Source: Mobula hypostoma (taxonomy: Eukaryota). Taken from it: DNA of 64,000 bases. Positions 26,126-39,646 of this stretch are shown piece after piece (positions within the stretch are counted from its first letter, which is position 1; every line of letters starts with the position of its first letter). The notes under the pieces were generated by a model. That model was not told the DNA's origin. It searched no databases and worked only from the letters and a program-made list of their open reading frames with translations. The DNA lies in the NCBI RefSeq assembly GCF_963921235.1, contig NC_086106.1, positions 22,878,001 through 22,942,000 of the forward strand. The letters are read 5' to 3'. The translations under genes and the position numbers were made by a program.

Positions 26126-27620
26126 TTTACATTTGGGAGAAGCCCCTGCACAGTTTGTGCCACAAAGAGGTCAGGGGACCATGTGAGATAAATTGCATGA
26201 GGATAGATTAAGTGGTAAACGGCGCGTTGTCACAGGATACGATTACTATATATTATCCAATGACCCACTAGATGGGTCATCTCCTCCATCTTTTACTAAG
26301 TTTCTGAAAGAAGCTAGACAGGAAGAACAGGTGTTGGAGGAGAGACAGTCCTCCGGTTGCAGAGCAGAGTCCTCGGTAGAATCCACTTTCGCTAATGGCG
26401 ACCCCTGATGTCGCACAACCGGGGATTTTGCAGGATGTCGAGAATGATCGAATGGTCGATATATTTCGGACGATGTCGGTTGGTGCTGCCACCAAGACGG
26501 AGACGGACGATAGTAGGCCAGACTCACTGTTTGAGGCACCAAGGCTAGTGCTGCTACTGAGCTGAGATTATCCCGGCACAGAAAGTTGCGTTTTCCACTG
26601 ACGACGCTGAGGTGTGTTACTCTAGGAGTTCATCACAAGCTACTGAAACAATTGAGGGCTCCCTTTTCCGAGAGCTGCCACATCGGGTAGCACCAGCGGA
26701 GATGAGGATCTTCGGCTACTCTAGCTTAAACTGACGGAAATTAACTTTGGTCATGGAGCAGAGTGATCTCCGCTGTTGGAAGACACTCGTGCTAGGCAGG
26801 AAAAGCACATTCTTGCAGACAGGAAGAGTAGAAAATTGTGCTTAAAGCTGGAGAAGCTGAACATGGGAGGCGAACAGAGTGTTGCACCTACCCCCCCCCC
26901 CCCCCCCAGTACGATGTGTTGTTATAATTCACAAATAGATTGGAGGTCCTGACATCACAAAAATACGTTGAAAACTGTGCTTCTAATCATGGGTTGACAG
27001 GTTTCAATGTTTTGAGAACACGGCACTTTGGTAGGGGCAGAGTGTAACACCCCGGTTAAAATTCTTTCTTCAATATCGTAGGAAATTCATTTCTGCATTT
27101 CTGTAAAAGCGGTCTGATTCTGTTTTCAGCCTCTTTTGGGTTTGAACTGGAGATAAGAACCTTTGTTGATCAACTTAGGAAAAATGGTGTTATTGAATCA
27201 GATAGTCGTATTGGGAGAATTTCTGGAAAACGGTGGCAGAGGGCTTTTAAGAAGCATATTGTTGGGTGCAGGAGTCGTATTTGGAGGAAGCTGGGAGACG
27301 ACAAGAAGGAAGATGGCTGAGTGTGGCGTCCCTGTTGCACAAGGTGCTTTTTGCAGCTATGATGTTTCACGGAAGAAGGTCCGATACGCCTGTGGGAGAC
27401 CCGTTCGTATGAGATCGATTTCGAGCAGTAATCGGAAGGTTTGATGTGCGTTCACGTAGACGAGGATCCAGTACCTGAATGACAGTAATGTTGAAGTTGA
27501 GCTCCAATCCAAGTGCAAAATAGGCCTTTCACTTCCTTCTTTCTTTTCTTTAATAAAGATGTCCTTCACTTAACATTCATGATTATATTTCTTTATAACT
27601 GTATGTAGTGTTCGATATGT
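26126..27620 (+). mobile_element. Gypsy 3' remnant with polypurine tract and 3' LTR (LTR from 27043)
   Basis: GGTAGGGGCAGAG|TGTAACACCCCGG junction, and AATAAA at about 27552. The right boundary is approximate. Confidence 0.55.
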
Positions 27621-28259
27621 TATTCCTTACCAATGGGCGATTGCCGTTGGCAGTATATCACAACATTCACGAAAATCAGGGTTCAGTTGGGCTAGGAATC
27701 GGAACGTCAGGCATTTGGTGAGACCAGAGTCGTATACACCATAGGCGTGCCTCTGATTTATAGTGCCTCTGACGTGAATTTTCATGAAATGATTCGAGAA
27801 TGTGGTGGTTACGGTAGACTTCAGCAGTAGTCCGCCAGGCAGTCTCGACCCATCGGATTTCTCTACAGCTGAAACTGATCTACGGCAATGGTATCTCACT
27901 TGCCGTACTTTCATCTCCATACAATACAGATAGCAAAGCCTCGGAAGTTAGATTGTTGACTATAGGTTATACTTCAAAGTCGTATATCTGAACATTGCCG
28001 TCTGTTAGTTCCGAGAATTAAACTTCAAAGACCCGTAGCTTTCCTCCCAGCAACTGAACTGAATAGAATAATCATTGAAGAATAGACGAGAATACCTGAG
28101 ACTCATCTTCACCACCGATGTCACATAATCGGAAGTACAACATTGACCACATCGCATTTCAGAACGTTGGGCCCAAGACGTTGTGCCGAACGTGAAATCT
28201 CCTCCAGAAGTTGCGCAGCATTCCGCAGTCGCGCAGCCCTCCAGTTTTCTAAGCTCCAT

Positions 28260-29400
28260 GTAGCTATCAAAGAGTCTTTTTTTTCAAGACCCTATTATAT
28301 CCGCCTCTGCCACCGTAGCTGGCAGTGCATTCTAGAACCCATTACGTTCTCTGGTAAAAAAAAAACTTATCTCTGACATCCCCCATTGTATCTGCTCCGA
28401 AGCTTCTTAAAACTATAACCCTTGCGTTTGCAATTTCAGCCCTGAAAAAAAAACAACTATGACTCTCCCTGCAATCAATTCCTTTCATCATATTATATCC
28501 CTCTACCTGGTATCCTCTCACCCTTCTTCGCTCTAAGGATATTAGACCACGTTAACTCAACCTATTCTCATGAGACATGTTCTCAAATCCAGACAACATC
28601 CTTAATAGACTCCACTGCACTATCTCTATGTTATCCACATCTGTCGAGTAGTGAGTTGCCCAAAACTGAAAATATCGAGTACACCATGGCTATTCCTATG
28701 TCAGACTTCACCCTCCCCTTCCTTGGCTCAGATGTGACCACAAGGTTATTGGTCTGGCTGCTGGTGCCTTACCCAAATGGGGTTTCCCTCTCAGCAATAA
28801 ACAGAGGATTTTCCGGTTATGGATGGGAATAACGACAGAGCGACCCTGCAATATTTTTTCTCTCTCCCTCTCTCTCCCTCTCTCTCCCTCTCTCTCCCTC
28901 TCTCTCCCTCCCTCTGTTCAGCCAACTACTCCCTGAATTCTGCAGTATGGCTGTAACCCTCACTCAAAAGAGGTATCTATCAAATGTTCTGCCTCCCGGA
29001 TGATGCTTAGTTCATCTAACTTACGCTCCCGCTTCTAAATGCCGGCTTTCATGAGCTAGAGTTGGCTGCACTTCCCGCAGGTGTAGTAATCAGGGAGACT
29101 ATCAGATTTCATGAATACCCGCATCCTACCGGGGAAACATTCTACTGCTATTTTTTTGTCATATTTCCTGCACTGCAAGCTTCTTGAGTCAGAGCTTGAA
29201 ACTCCCACTCTAAATGCTGGCCTAATTCCAGGAATGTATCCCCTCTTCAGGCTTAGTACTTCACCTTAATTCCCGCCGCTGATTCGGCCTCCAGAATATC
29301 GAAACGCCCGTGAATTCTACGCCACTTGCCTGTAACCTACTTGAAGTACTCTGTTTTCAGACACTTTGTTTTCCCATTGCCCCGCTGAATTCTTAGCCAA
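28260..29400 (-). mobile_element. CR1 fragments with a (CTCTCTCC)n tract at about 28857-28912
   Basis: 3' sequence resembles the CR1 at 10420-10900, and ORF1-like sequence lies at 28920-29140. Confidence 0.65.
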
Positions 29401-29421
29401 TTGCTGCTCTAACTGCGATTG

Positions 29422-32400
29422 TGTTACACGAGCGTGGCGGGGAACGAACCCAAGTGCAGATTACGGGAGCAGGGACAGATCACGAGGCTTGTTGCCGTAG
29501 CCACCGTGGAATCGGTATCCAGGAGCGATGATACACTTGGAACTGAGAGTCCTAAGAACCTTGAAACGATGTTACTAACAGCACCGTCAACCAACGAACT
29601 GGAACCCTGTGATCGCAGGGTCTTTAACTTGATTTCCTGATGGAAAGGAAGTGTGTGTAGGTAATGGATCCCTGGAATGATTCAATATTAAACGACGGGA
29701 TTGAGGCCCAATTCCCGAGGTAACTAGCACGGCAGGGCATTGCTGAAAGGGTCGATAACATTGGCCCTCCTTCATCTGGACCCTGCAGGCGATCCTGCAG
29801 GCCTGTCTGGATGGTCCCGATGAAAGTGTTGGATGAGGGAACGGTCTAGGATGAAAGAGAGGGGGACCCACGAACGCTTTTCTGGATCGTACCCTTCCCC
29901 CAGTCTACCAGGTATTGATAACCCCTGCCCCGAATGCGCACATCCAGTAGTCGTCGGACGGTGTATGCCGGATTGTTGTTGATGATATTGACAGTTGAGC
30001 GAGTCTCAGACGCGGGGCAGAAGGCGCTGACAGAAACTGGCTTTAACTAGAAAGATGAAAGGTCGGTCGGATGTGCATAGATGTTGGCATTTTTAAGCAG
30101 ACCGCTGTGGGATTGATAACACTTTCGACCTTGAATAGTCCCAGAAAGCGAGAGGTGAGTTTTTTATTCTTATTCTTGAGCGGGAAGTCCTTGAATGAAC
30201 TCCACACCATCTGCCCAGGTTGGTAGTCAGGCGCCGGAGACCGATGTCGGTCGGCCGTGTTGTTAATGCGATTTGCTAATCTGAGTAGGGCCGTAGTGTG
30301 GTCACCCAAACCTTAAGACATCGATCGTATCGGTCTTGAACAGGCGGTACCGCAATCTCCTATTCTTGCGCGTGGAACAGCAGGGGTTGGTACACCAGGG
30401 GACACTGGAATGGAGACCTTCCAATGGCAGATCTCACCAGAGTTCTGGGCATACTCAACCCATGAGAGGTGTTAGTTCCAGGTCTACCGTTTTTCTTTTT
30501 TGTGTTTTTTTTTAGCTACACAACGTAGCGTAGCATACAGGCCTTGGTTGACCCGGTCTGTCTGCCAGTTTGTCTGCGGGTGGAAGCCGGATGACAGCTT
30601 ACCGATGCACCTCAGGCTTGACAGAAGGCTTTCCGTACTTGCGAGACGAACCAGGGACCGCGATCGGAGACTATATCCGCAGGGATTCCGTGGAGGCGGA
30701 AGACGTGGCGGTCGATAAGATCTGCGGTTTCTTGAGACGCAGAGAGTTTAGGGAGGGCTACGAAGTGCACTGCCTTGGAGAACACGGTCTACCACGGTGA
30801 GTATGGTGGTGTTTCCATGCGAAGGATGTAGAATGGTGACGAAGTGAAGGACGATGTACGACCAGCGACGACCAGGGACAAGCAGAGGACGAAGTAAACC
30901 CGCTGGTATCTATTAGGAAGCTCTTCCCCGGACACAGATGGAACATGCCGAGACATAGGAACGCGTATCCGCCTCCTTGGACGGCCACCAAAATTGTTTT
31001 TCGCAGGAGCGCTACGGTCCGGTCACTCCCAGGTGGCATGCGAACGGAGATGTGTACCCCTTTGCAAAGGCTGAGACATGCCAGAAAAGGACACATACAG
31101 GCCATTAGCCGGTTCACTGCCGGGGTTGACGTCATTCCGTTGGGCTTCTTTTACTTTGTACTCGATCTCCCAAAATGAGGCTAGCAACGATGCAGGATGG
31201 TGGGAGGATTGTCCCTGGGCTGGAAGTATCCACCTTGGAGTCGTTTCGGCAGGAGAACGCAGCGCGTCAGACTTTCCGTTCTTGGATCGTGGACGGTATG
31301 TGAGGGAAAACTTAAACCGTCCAAAAAATAATGCCCAACGGGCCTGACGGGAGTTCAAGCGTTTGGCGGTCTGAATATACCCTTTTTTTTTTAATTATCA
31401 GTTTCACACAACAAACGGTTCTTCTGCACCCTCCAGCCAGTGCCTCAATTCTTAAATGCTAGTTTGACCACCAGGAGTGTCCGATTCCCCACGTCATAAT
31501 AACGGTCGGTGGAGGCAGTCGGCGATAAAAGGCGGCTTAGGGGTGAAGCTTTTCGTAGGAACTTGATCGTTGGGATGGAATTGCTCCTATCCCGGAGACA
31601 GGGGCGTCCACGTCAACAATGAATTGAGTGGCTGGGTCCGGATGGAGCAGGATGGGAGCAATAGTGAAACGCCTCTTGAAGTTAGTGAAAGCCGAGTCAG
31701 CTTCGGCGTCCCAGAAGATGGGGGTAGTAGGCGAGGTATGCCGGGTAAGGGGGTGGGTGCCGCCACTCCATTGCAGTCTCTGATAAATCGGCGGTAGAAG
31801 TTTGCAAACCACAAGAATCGTTGAAGTTTTTTGCAGGTCGTGGGCCTAGGCCATTCTTCCACAACCGGGATCTTCTTGGGGTCTGCTCTCACTTGCCCGA
31901 TCCGAATGATATAACCCAGAAAGCTGACCGAAGGAAAGTGGAAAGTGGAAATCACATTTCTCTGCCTTCACAAATAATTGGTTTTCTCACAGTCTCTAGA
32001 GGACTTGACGGACATAATGGCCGTGTTCTTGGGGGCGGGGGGGGGGGTGCTAGAAAATATCAGGATACCATAGAGGTAAACGACTACGAACCGATTAAAA
32101 AGTTCCTCAACACGTCATTGATTGGGGCTTGAAAAACGGTGGGAGCATGGGTGAGGGCAAACGGCATGACCAAATATACCAAGTAGCCCAGAGGTTTATT
32201 AAAGTCCGTCTTCCACTCGCCCCCTCCCTCATCCTGACTAGCTGGTAGGCGTTACGGAGGTCCAGCTTTGAGAATATGGCGGCTCCATGCAATGGTTCAG
32301 AAGCTGCACTAATCAAGGATAGAGGGCACTTATTCTTAATTTTTATACTGCTTAGGCCTTTCTAATCAATTCAAGGACGAAACGACCCGTCCTTCTTTTC

Positions 32401-34514
32401 CACAATGAAGAAACCGGCGCCTACCGGGAATGTCTGATAATGTCCCGCCGGGAGGAGCTCGCTAATGTACTTTTCCATAGTTTCTCTCCCTGGTCGGGAT
32501 AGGTTAAAAAGGCGACTGGTGTGTAGAAAGACTGGTGTGAAAAAGGCCGATGACACAATCATACAGGTGGTCCGGGACAGGGAAAGGGACATGGTATTTA
32601 CTGAATACCTGTCCCAGGTCATGGTATTCCTTGGGGCCTCGGGAAAAATCGATGGGTACCGGGACAGGGGAGGTCGCTGTAGCTTCCCTGGGAGACGTGG
32701 CTGACAGCAGACAGTTGGCGTGGCAAGACTGGCTCCATTTGCCTATCCTCATGACAGAACAGTCGATGTGGGGATTGTGTTGGGACAGCCATAGGTACCC
32801 TAATTACGGGGCTTGAGGTGAATGAATGAGACTGAATCCTACCTCCTCACGATGGTTGCCGGATAGGATTTAGGTCAGGGGCGGCGTATAGTGGGTCACC
32901 CGAGCCAGCAGTTTTCCGTCCAGGGCCGGGCCTTCATGCGGCTCCCGAGGTAATCCAGCCTGGAAGGAGATGACTTCGTCCAGCAGATTGCCCTCGGCAC
33001 CGAAATCCACCAAAATGGATAGGGACAGGGACTGTCCTTGGTAATTTGCCGTAGCCGGCATCTGCATCCGAGTCTGGGGGGCTGAAGGGAATAGTGTCCG
33101 GCTGACCAGGGCCCCCTTTTTCACTGGTGAGCCCTCCTTCTTTGGCCGCTGAGTGCAGGTATCCCGGAAATGTTCTGGCTGGCCACATTATTAACAATCC
33201 TCAGTTCTTCACTTCCGAAGTCGTTCGACCGGGGAGAGACTGTTCCTTCCCAGCTGCATCGGTTCCTCCCCCAAAGAGGTGGGGACGGTGGGAGCAAGAG
33301 TTGCACTTGGAGCGGCTGAGAAAGGGAGGCTGGCTAAGACTGATATGGTGGACCGTGGGCTTCCCCGAGGAACGGAGCGACTGGTTCTTTCTCTCAGCAG
33401 CTGTTTGAAGTCGATTATTTAACCTAGTGGCTAGCGAGATCAGACAGTCCAGACAGTCCGGGTGGTCCCTCGCCGCCAGTTCATCCTTTCCTTGTCCAAG
33501 AGGCCCTATTGAACTCCTCCCTTAGGGCCTCGTCATTCCACCCTGAGTCTGTAGCTAAGATTCGGAACTCGTTGGAATATATTGCTACGCTTCGTGAACG
33601 CTGACAAAAAGTCAGCAAGCATTCAGCAGCGTCCTTACTACGAATCGGTTGTTCAAAGACATTCCTTATTTCAGCAACAAAGAAGAGGAAGGAGGAACAA
33701 ACCTTGAGTCGGTTATCCCATATCGTGGTTTCCCAAGTTAAGGCATCCCCGCCTAACGGCCCAATGATGTACGCAATCTTGCATTACCTGAAGTGTAATT
33801 AGGTGGCTGTAGCTCAAAGACCAGAGAGCATTCTAACAGGGAAGGCCCAGCACCTCCCTAGGTCCTCAGCGTAAGGTTCGGGCTCGGGTACGTATGGCTC
33901 GCGAAGGGACTGTGTTGTTGATCCCAGCGGGGATGCCATCTAGAGCTGTGCGGTATGGGTAGCGGGCATTCTTGGATAGGACAGAAACAGGGAAGCGGAC
34001 ACTCGGTCCGCCTGCTCACTGACCTTCGTACAATCGTGGATAACGTCCAAAGGTTTTCCGTGACCTCCCCAAGTAGTTAGTCGTGGGTGCGCAGTAGGAA
34101 GCTCTGGCTGGCGAGGGCCTGTTGCACGGGATCGGTATCCGCTGGGTTCATTATGGACGGTTCTTTCCGAATCACGATCCTGACGGTAGACGAGCCCAAG
34201 TGCAAAATATTGGCGCGGGGTCAGAGTCGGGAGGAGTTGTTGCCCGAGCGAGCGTGGAATCGGTATCCAGAGGGATGCTGGACCTATAAATAACAGTCTC
34301 AAGAAGCAAGAAACGAGGTTACTGACACAGGATTCGACCAAAGAACTAGCAGCTCCTTTTTGTGATCACAAGTTCTTTATCCTGCATTTTCTGATGAAAA
34401 GCAGGTGTGTGTAGTTTTTGGAACCAGGGAAACATTGGAAAATAATTGAGGGGATTGAGGTCCAATTCCTGAGGTAAATAGCACGGTGTGAGCCTGCCAG
34501 ATGGCACCATGACA
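29422..34514 (-). mobile_element. Near full-length chromodomain-bearing Gypsy (chromovirus), degenerate
   Basis: LTRs at 34120-34514 and 29422-29760 share blocks (CCCAAGTGCA, CGTGGAATCGGTATCCAG, GGGATTGAGG.CCAATTCC.GAGGTAA.TAGCACGG). Protease [24 protein letters not shown] and SVSFLGYII...[15 protein letters not shown], RNase H RQARWALFF, chromodomain [20 protein letters not shown] (about 29880-29980), and a purine tract next to the 3' LTR. Confidence 0.9.
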
Positions 34515-34689
34515 GTTTACAAGTTGGCCGATGACACTAACTTGGTGGTCTGGATCTCAGCCGCAGATTGACGGAGAGCTCGATGGAACACCCTTGAACA
34601 CATGAGTCTTGCGACTTAATGTCTGTATGTATGGATCAGTTTCAATGGCAACCGGTGTTAGAAAACATAGACGGTGACAGGGAGATACT

Positions 34690-34757
34690 GACAGAGAGAG
34701 AGAGAGAGACACACAGAGAGACACAGAGACAGAGAGAGAGAGAGAGAGAGTGGGAGA
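34690..34757 (+). repeat. (GA)n-rich microsatellite
   Basis: Direct observation. Similar tracts at about 6870-7040 and 48880-48925. Confidence 0.9.
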
Positions 34758-37700
34758 GAAATTTCAAACGATGGGTACATGCAAAAAGGCACAGAAATGT
34801 GTTAGGATTTCGAGGAGATGCGGCCTGACATCTGAAACGTTGACAAACTCTATAGATATTCAGTGAGGAGTATATAGACTGACCGCAACACATCCTTGCA
34901 TACATACACTAATATCCTTGAAGGGGAACTGCAAAATATGCAGTTAAGACTCAGTAAATAATCAGTGAAGTCCTCAGAACAATGATCACATCTACATAAA
35001 AAGCTGTTGCAGGAAACAGCAATTATTATTACGGATGTCCACCACGTGGGTCATGCTGTTTTATCTCTGATGCAACAAAGAGGCAGTTATTGGGGCCTCA
35101 GGGCGCGTGCCACCAGATTGACGAGTCCACTACCATACAGGCACCAGCTTCTAGAAAAACGATGAATAACTGCACCCATCTTCATTTTCCTCATCATTGA
35201 ACAATTACCACAAAAAAATGGACTCACTTTCAAAAATTAACCATTTCAGTTCTCTATATGTATTGCTTAATTATAATTTCCTTTTCCTATATTATATCTG
35301 TCGTTTATTGTCTTCTGCCTTCTGGCTGAATTTTATTGATATCATTGCAGTTTTACGCGTTGACTTAGTGGCCTGATGGTAAATTAAAATGTTCATTGAA
35401 GGTCAATGCATTAATGCCTAAAAGAAATTAGAGGAATGCCACAATTTTCGGATAATGTGTGCTCTCTGGATAAGTGACCCTGCAACACACATTGGGGGCT
35501 TTTCTTCCCTGAGGCCGCGTGGGGTCCATACTCGGAGGGATAGCATGGATAGGCAGGAAAATGCGACTGCTGAGGCAAGAGATTCACCTTGTATGAGGCA
35601 GATAAACGAATTCAAAAGATTTGAAGTCTCACAGGTTGATGTTCTTTCATTCCCCTCAAGATACCTTCATACGGCCCCAATATATCATCTCTCTCTACTT
35701 CACCTTTTCTATTTCATCTTGTGCGTCTATAATTTCTGGGCGAACGTCACAGTGCATCTGATAGAACACATGAAGGCTCTGTTTCCTTAATGAACCCAGA
35801 AAATTGTAAATAAAGCAAAAAATAAACATAAATAAATCAAAAGGCTGTAATCAATTTGAAAGCAAGAGTTTCGATCAGTCGGTAAAAATGTAAGCATTAG
35901 CTTAGCAATGGCCACAAGAACGTCACGCAGTGAATCAGTTAGATAGATGCAGAATAACATGAAGACAGTCAACTGAATCCCATTGAAAGAAAATTAAACC
36001 ATCCATATTGGAGAATATTAAATTAATTACTACAACTCTAATGCACCCGAAGTGTCGCATTTTCCTTCTCTAGACATGTACCGTATTGGCAAATTGACTA
36101 CTGTTCTGACATCATGGAGTTGCCGTGAATGGATTTTGTTTGCATATCATCTAGACAATCAGTTCAATCATGAGTCCATCGTAATAATAAAAAAAGAAAC
36201 AAAATGTAAAATTCGACTGCTGTATTTAAAGAATACCAGTACTGGTAGCCTTCTAAAAATACTGAGGGCAGCGAATAAAACGCGTTTATTAAGAATTCCT
36301 CACTGACCAGATCGAAGAATGTTTAAATATTCTTATAAAAGCAGAATAACAACGGTTATTGAAGCTGGATGTTCATCTTGTCACAGTTTTCTGATTGCTC
36401 CATCATACGATTCTGATATCTGAAAAAGAGCGGATGTCCCACATTAGAGTAGTTCGCGAACATTTTTGAATGCTTTCTCACACACCAGCATGGCTGCACG
36501 GATTTAATGCAAGATATGGAGCTTTAAGTAACATACTGGTAGACACTCACAACTCTATCCATTCTGGATCGTTTTCTTTTGTTTTTTTTTTTGGTTTCTT
36601 TGAATATAGAATGTGGTAAAAACATCCCTAAATGCTCTATTTCCTTAAGCGTATGGAGAGTAGCCGGTCTGGCTTTCCAATTATGCCAAACAGTCCAAGT
36701 GACCGAACGATGAAAACCGTGAGCCATGCTTAGTGCTCGGAACTCTATAGTCTGAAACATTACCACAGAAGCACCACTGAAAAAAAAAGTGATATCTTAC
36801 CGTAACTTCCAGAGTCTGCAAAGGGTTCATACCACTAATCACACAGTAAAAAAAAAACTTCGCACCTGTCAAACTCGACTCTTTCCTCAAATTTCACTCT
36901 CTTGTTGATTTCCTTGTCCATTCGACCTTCCAACAGATCTTCCTGCTGGCACTTATACTTGCTAGCGTCAACAATGGTACACATGTCAATTTACATCCAC
37001 GGCAGCACAACACAGGACACAAACGAAAATGTCCTTCCAGATGAGATAGCATTGGGCCAACAAATATTTTGGCGTCATTCCTTAACATGAATGCATGTGT
37101 AGACCGAGTTTTTAATCAACACGGCGATCAAGATTGCAGAGGCGACATTAGGTTTGGGTGAGGTAAGCTGTCTTTTAAATGACTCACCGACCGTAGGTGT
37201 TCATTCCACATCCACTAGTGCATGAAGTATTAGTGCGATTGGCTCCAGGTGCCTTGAAATTTACGCTATCTGGGATGTAGGACGTCCGACAGCCGTCTGT
37301 GCCATAGATACATGCATCTGCACCAAGTCCCCTGAATTACAACTGTAATAGAACGCATTAAGGAACTGGAGATGCAGCGTAATGAATTATATACGGAAAT
37401 GAGGAGGTGATCGGCAGGAGTTACAGAGAGATATTAACACCTTGGTTCCAGGTGTCAAGTTAACCGGTAACTATCAGGTGAAGGTGGGGACATTCAGAAC
37501 CAGTCCCAAGTGCATATATGGCCGTTTCCCATAATAAATTTGATGGCGAAGACTTACCAGGGGACAGCCATTTTAACAGCAATCTTGCAATGATTCTGGT
37601 GCTGTGGTTCTGAAGAGCATTCTAATGAAGAGGACTGCATTGTTGCTAGAAGACCACTTATTCTGAGAAACAATGCGAGTGTATTTGGGTGCCATGGAAT

Positions 37701-39646
37701 TTATGTATTTATTTTTAGATTAGGCGGACACTTAGTCCTCGTTTATTGTTATTTAGAAACGCATGCATTAAAAAAGATACAGCGTTCCTCCAGAATGATA
37801 CCTCAAGAAAACACAAGACAAACCAAGGCTAAAACTGACAAAACCACATAATTATACCAAATAGTTAAAACAGTGCAAGGAAATATCATAATTTGATAAA
37901 GAGTAGACCATTGGCACGGAAAAAAAAAAAGTCTTAAAGACCCAGTAGACTCATCATCTTGCGCAGGCAGCAGAAGGGACGAACTCTCCCTGCCATGATC
38001 CTCCAAGCGCCTCCAACTTTCCGATGCATCAGCATTGGAAGTACCGACCGCAGCGGCATCTGAGTTCGTCTGAAAACTTCGAGCATCCAAGCAACACCTC
38101 CGAGAACCCTCCTCTGCGAGCGCTTATTGACCCTTCACGGCTGCCGAGCAACAAGCAAAGCCGAGATTCTGGACCACAGAGCAGAAGCAGCAGCGAAGAA
38201 GGCATTTCTGAAGTTTCACCAGATGTTCCTCCGTGCTCTCACGTCCGCGTATATCAAATCAGGATTGTGCACGGCACCCTGCTTGACAAATAACAGACAT
38301 CACCACCGCAGTGGCCGCTGCGAGCTGTGTCGCGCCGCCATCTTCTCTTCCCACCGGGACGTTTTCTTACCTCCTTCGTGCCAGGATCTGGAATGTCACG
38401 TTTGGGGTCCGTAATTTGCTGAAGGGCAACCGGCCAGATATCTTGCTGAACATTGGCAAAAAGTGAAATGCTGGACTGGTTGAGGAGGTCCTGTAGAAAG
38501 AACTTAAGGAGCTAGGCATAAATCCGAGAAACGAGAACCCTATGCTATTAATCCCTGGATTGCTGCCCGTGTCAAATGCCATTTAGGGTTAGAATAGAAC
38601 CATTTCAGAGATGAATGCGTTGTGCTGGAACTGGTGAAAGAGACAGTTGTTAAGATTTATGCATTTTTGGGAATCTTCTGTCAAAGTTATGAACTATACA
38701 AATGGGACGGGATGCAGCTGATTCCGAGAGAATCCAATCCCTTTGCCAGCATGTTGGCTAGAGGTGTACTGATTCGTTAACCTAACTTAGCACCGCGGTG
38801 TGAACCTGACCAGAAGGGCAGAGAATCAGTTAGTAAGTTTGCAAGTGAAGGCAATCTGTCATGAGACCGAAAAAAATAGAGGCTGATAATGGGGCAAACG
38901 TGCGGTCAACACGTCATGACGCAATGTATGAAAGAGAAAAATAATTGCAAAGGACTGAAAATGCATTATTTGAATGCGCGCAATATACAGAATATGTAAC
39001 ATGGGGCAATGATTGGTATGTACGATATTTTAGGGTTAATTTGCAAGAATACACATTGATTCGAAAAGTCAGGCAGGAAGAGAGGGATTGGCTTTGCTCT
39101 GTCAGAGTATTTCAACCTGTCTCCTTAAGACAGTCTCCTCAGCCTGTCTCCTCAGGCTCGGATATCAGAACTAGGCAAGGACATGACGTAGCTTGAGCCT
39201 GGGACTTGGGTCTTGAGCTCGGCTTGGGATCCTCGAGGCTTGGGGTCTTGGGTCTTGAGCTTGGCTTGGGATCCTCGAGGCTTGAGGTCTTGGGTCTTGA
39301 GCTTGGCTTAAGAGCATGTGGTTGAGCCTATTAGGGGAACATCTTTTCGTGGTTCAATGTTGTGGCACGAGACGTAATTGACTATAGTCTGATCGGGGAA
39401 AGAAACTTTAGGGGCAATTGATCGAATTCACCTTGAACTTTAAGAAGAAGAAGATAAATACAGATGTATTCTTATTTGGATGGAGTAAAGGGTATTAGTG
39501 AGGAATGAGAGAATTGAGGTAGAAGTTGGACAGAATTGATTAGAAAAGATCATTAGCTGGGAGTTCAGAGGCGGGTGAGAATGTCGCTCAGCTGGAACAG
39601 TTGCTGCAGAGAACTAATGGGGTACGAGTAAATGGCGGGCGTGTTG

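Noticed and set aside
36770-36870. Minus-strand FFYC...TLEVT|GTAAG resembling a J or germline-joined segment
   Set aside because: No FGxG motif, no nonamer-spacer-heptamer, and the wrong splice phase.
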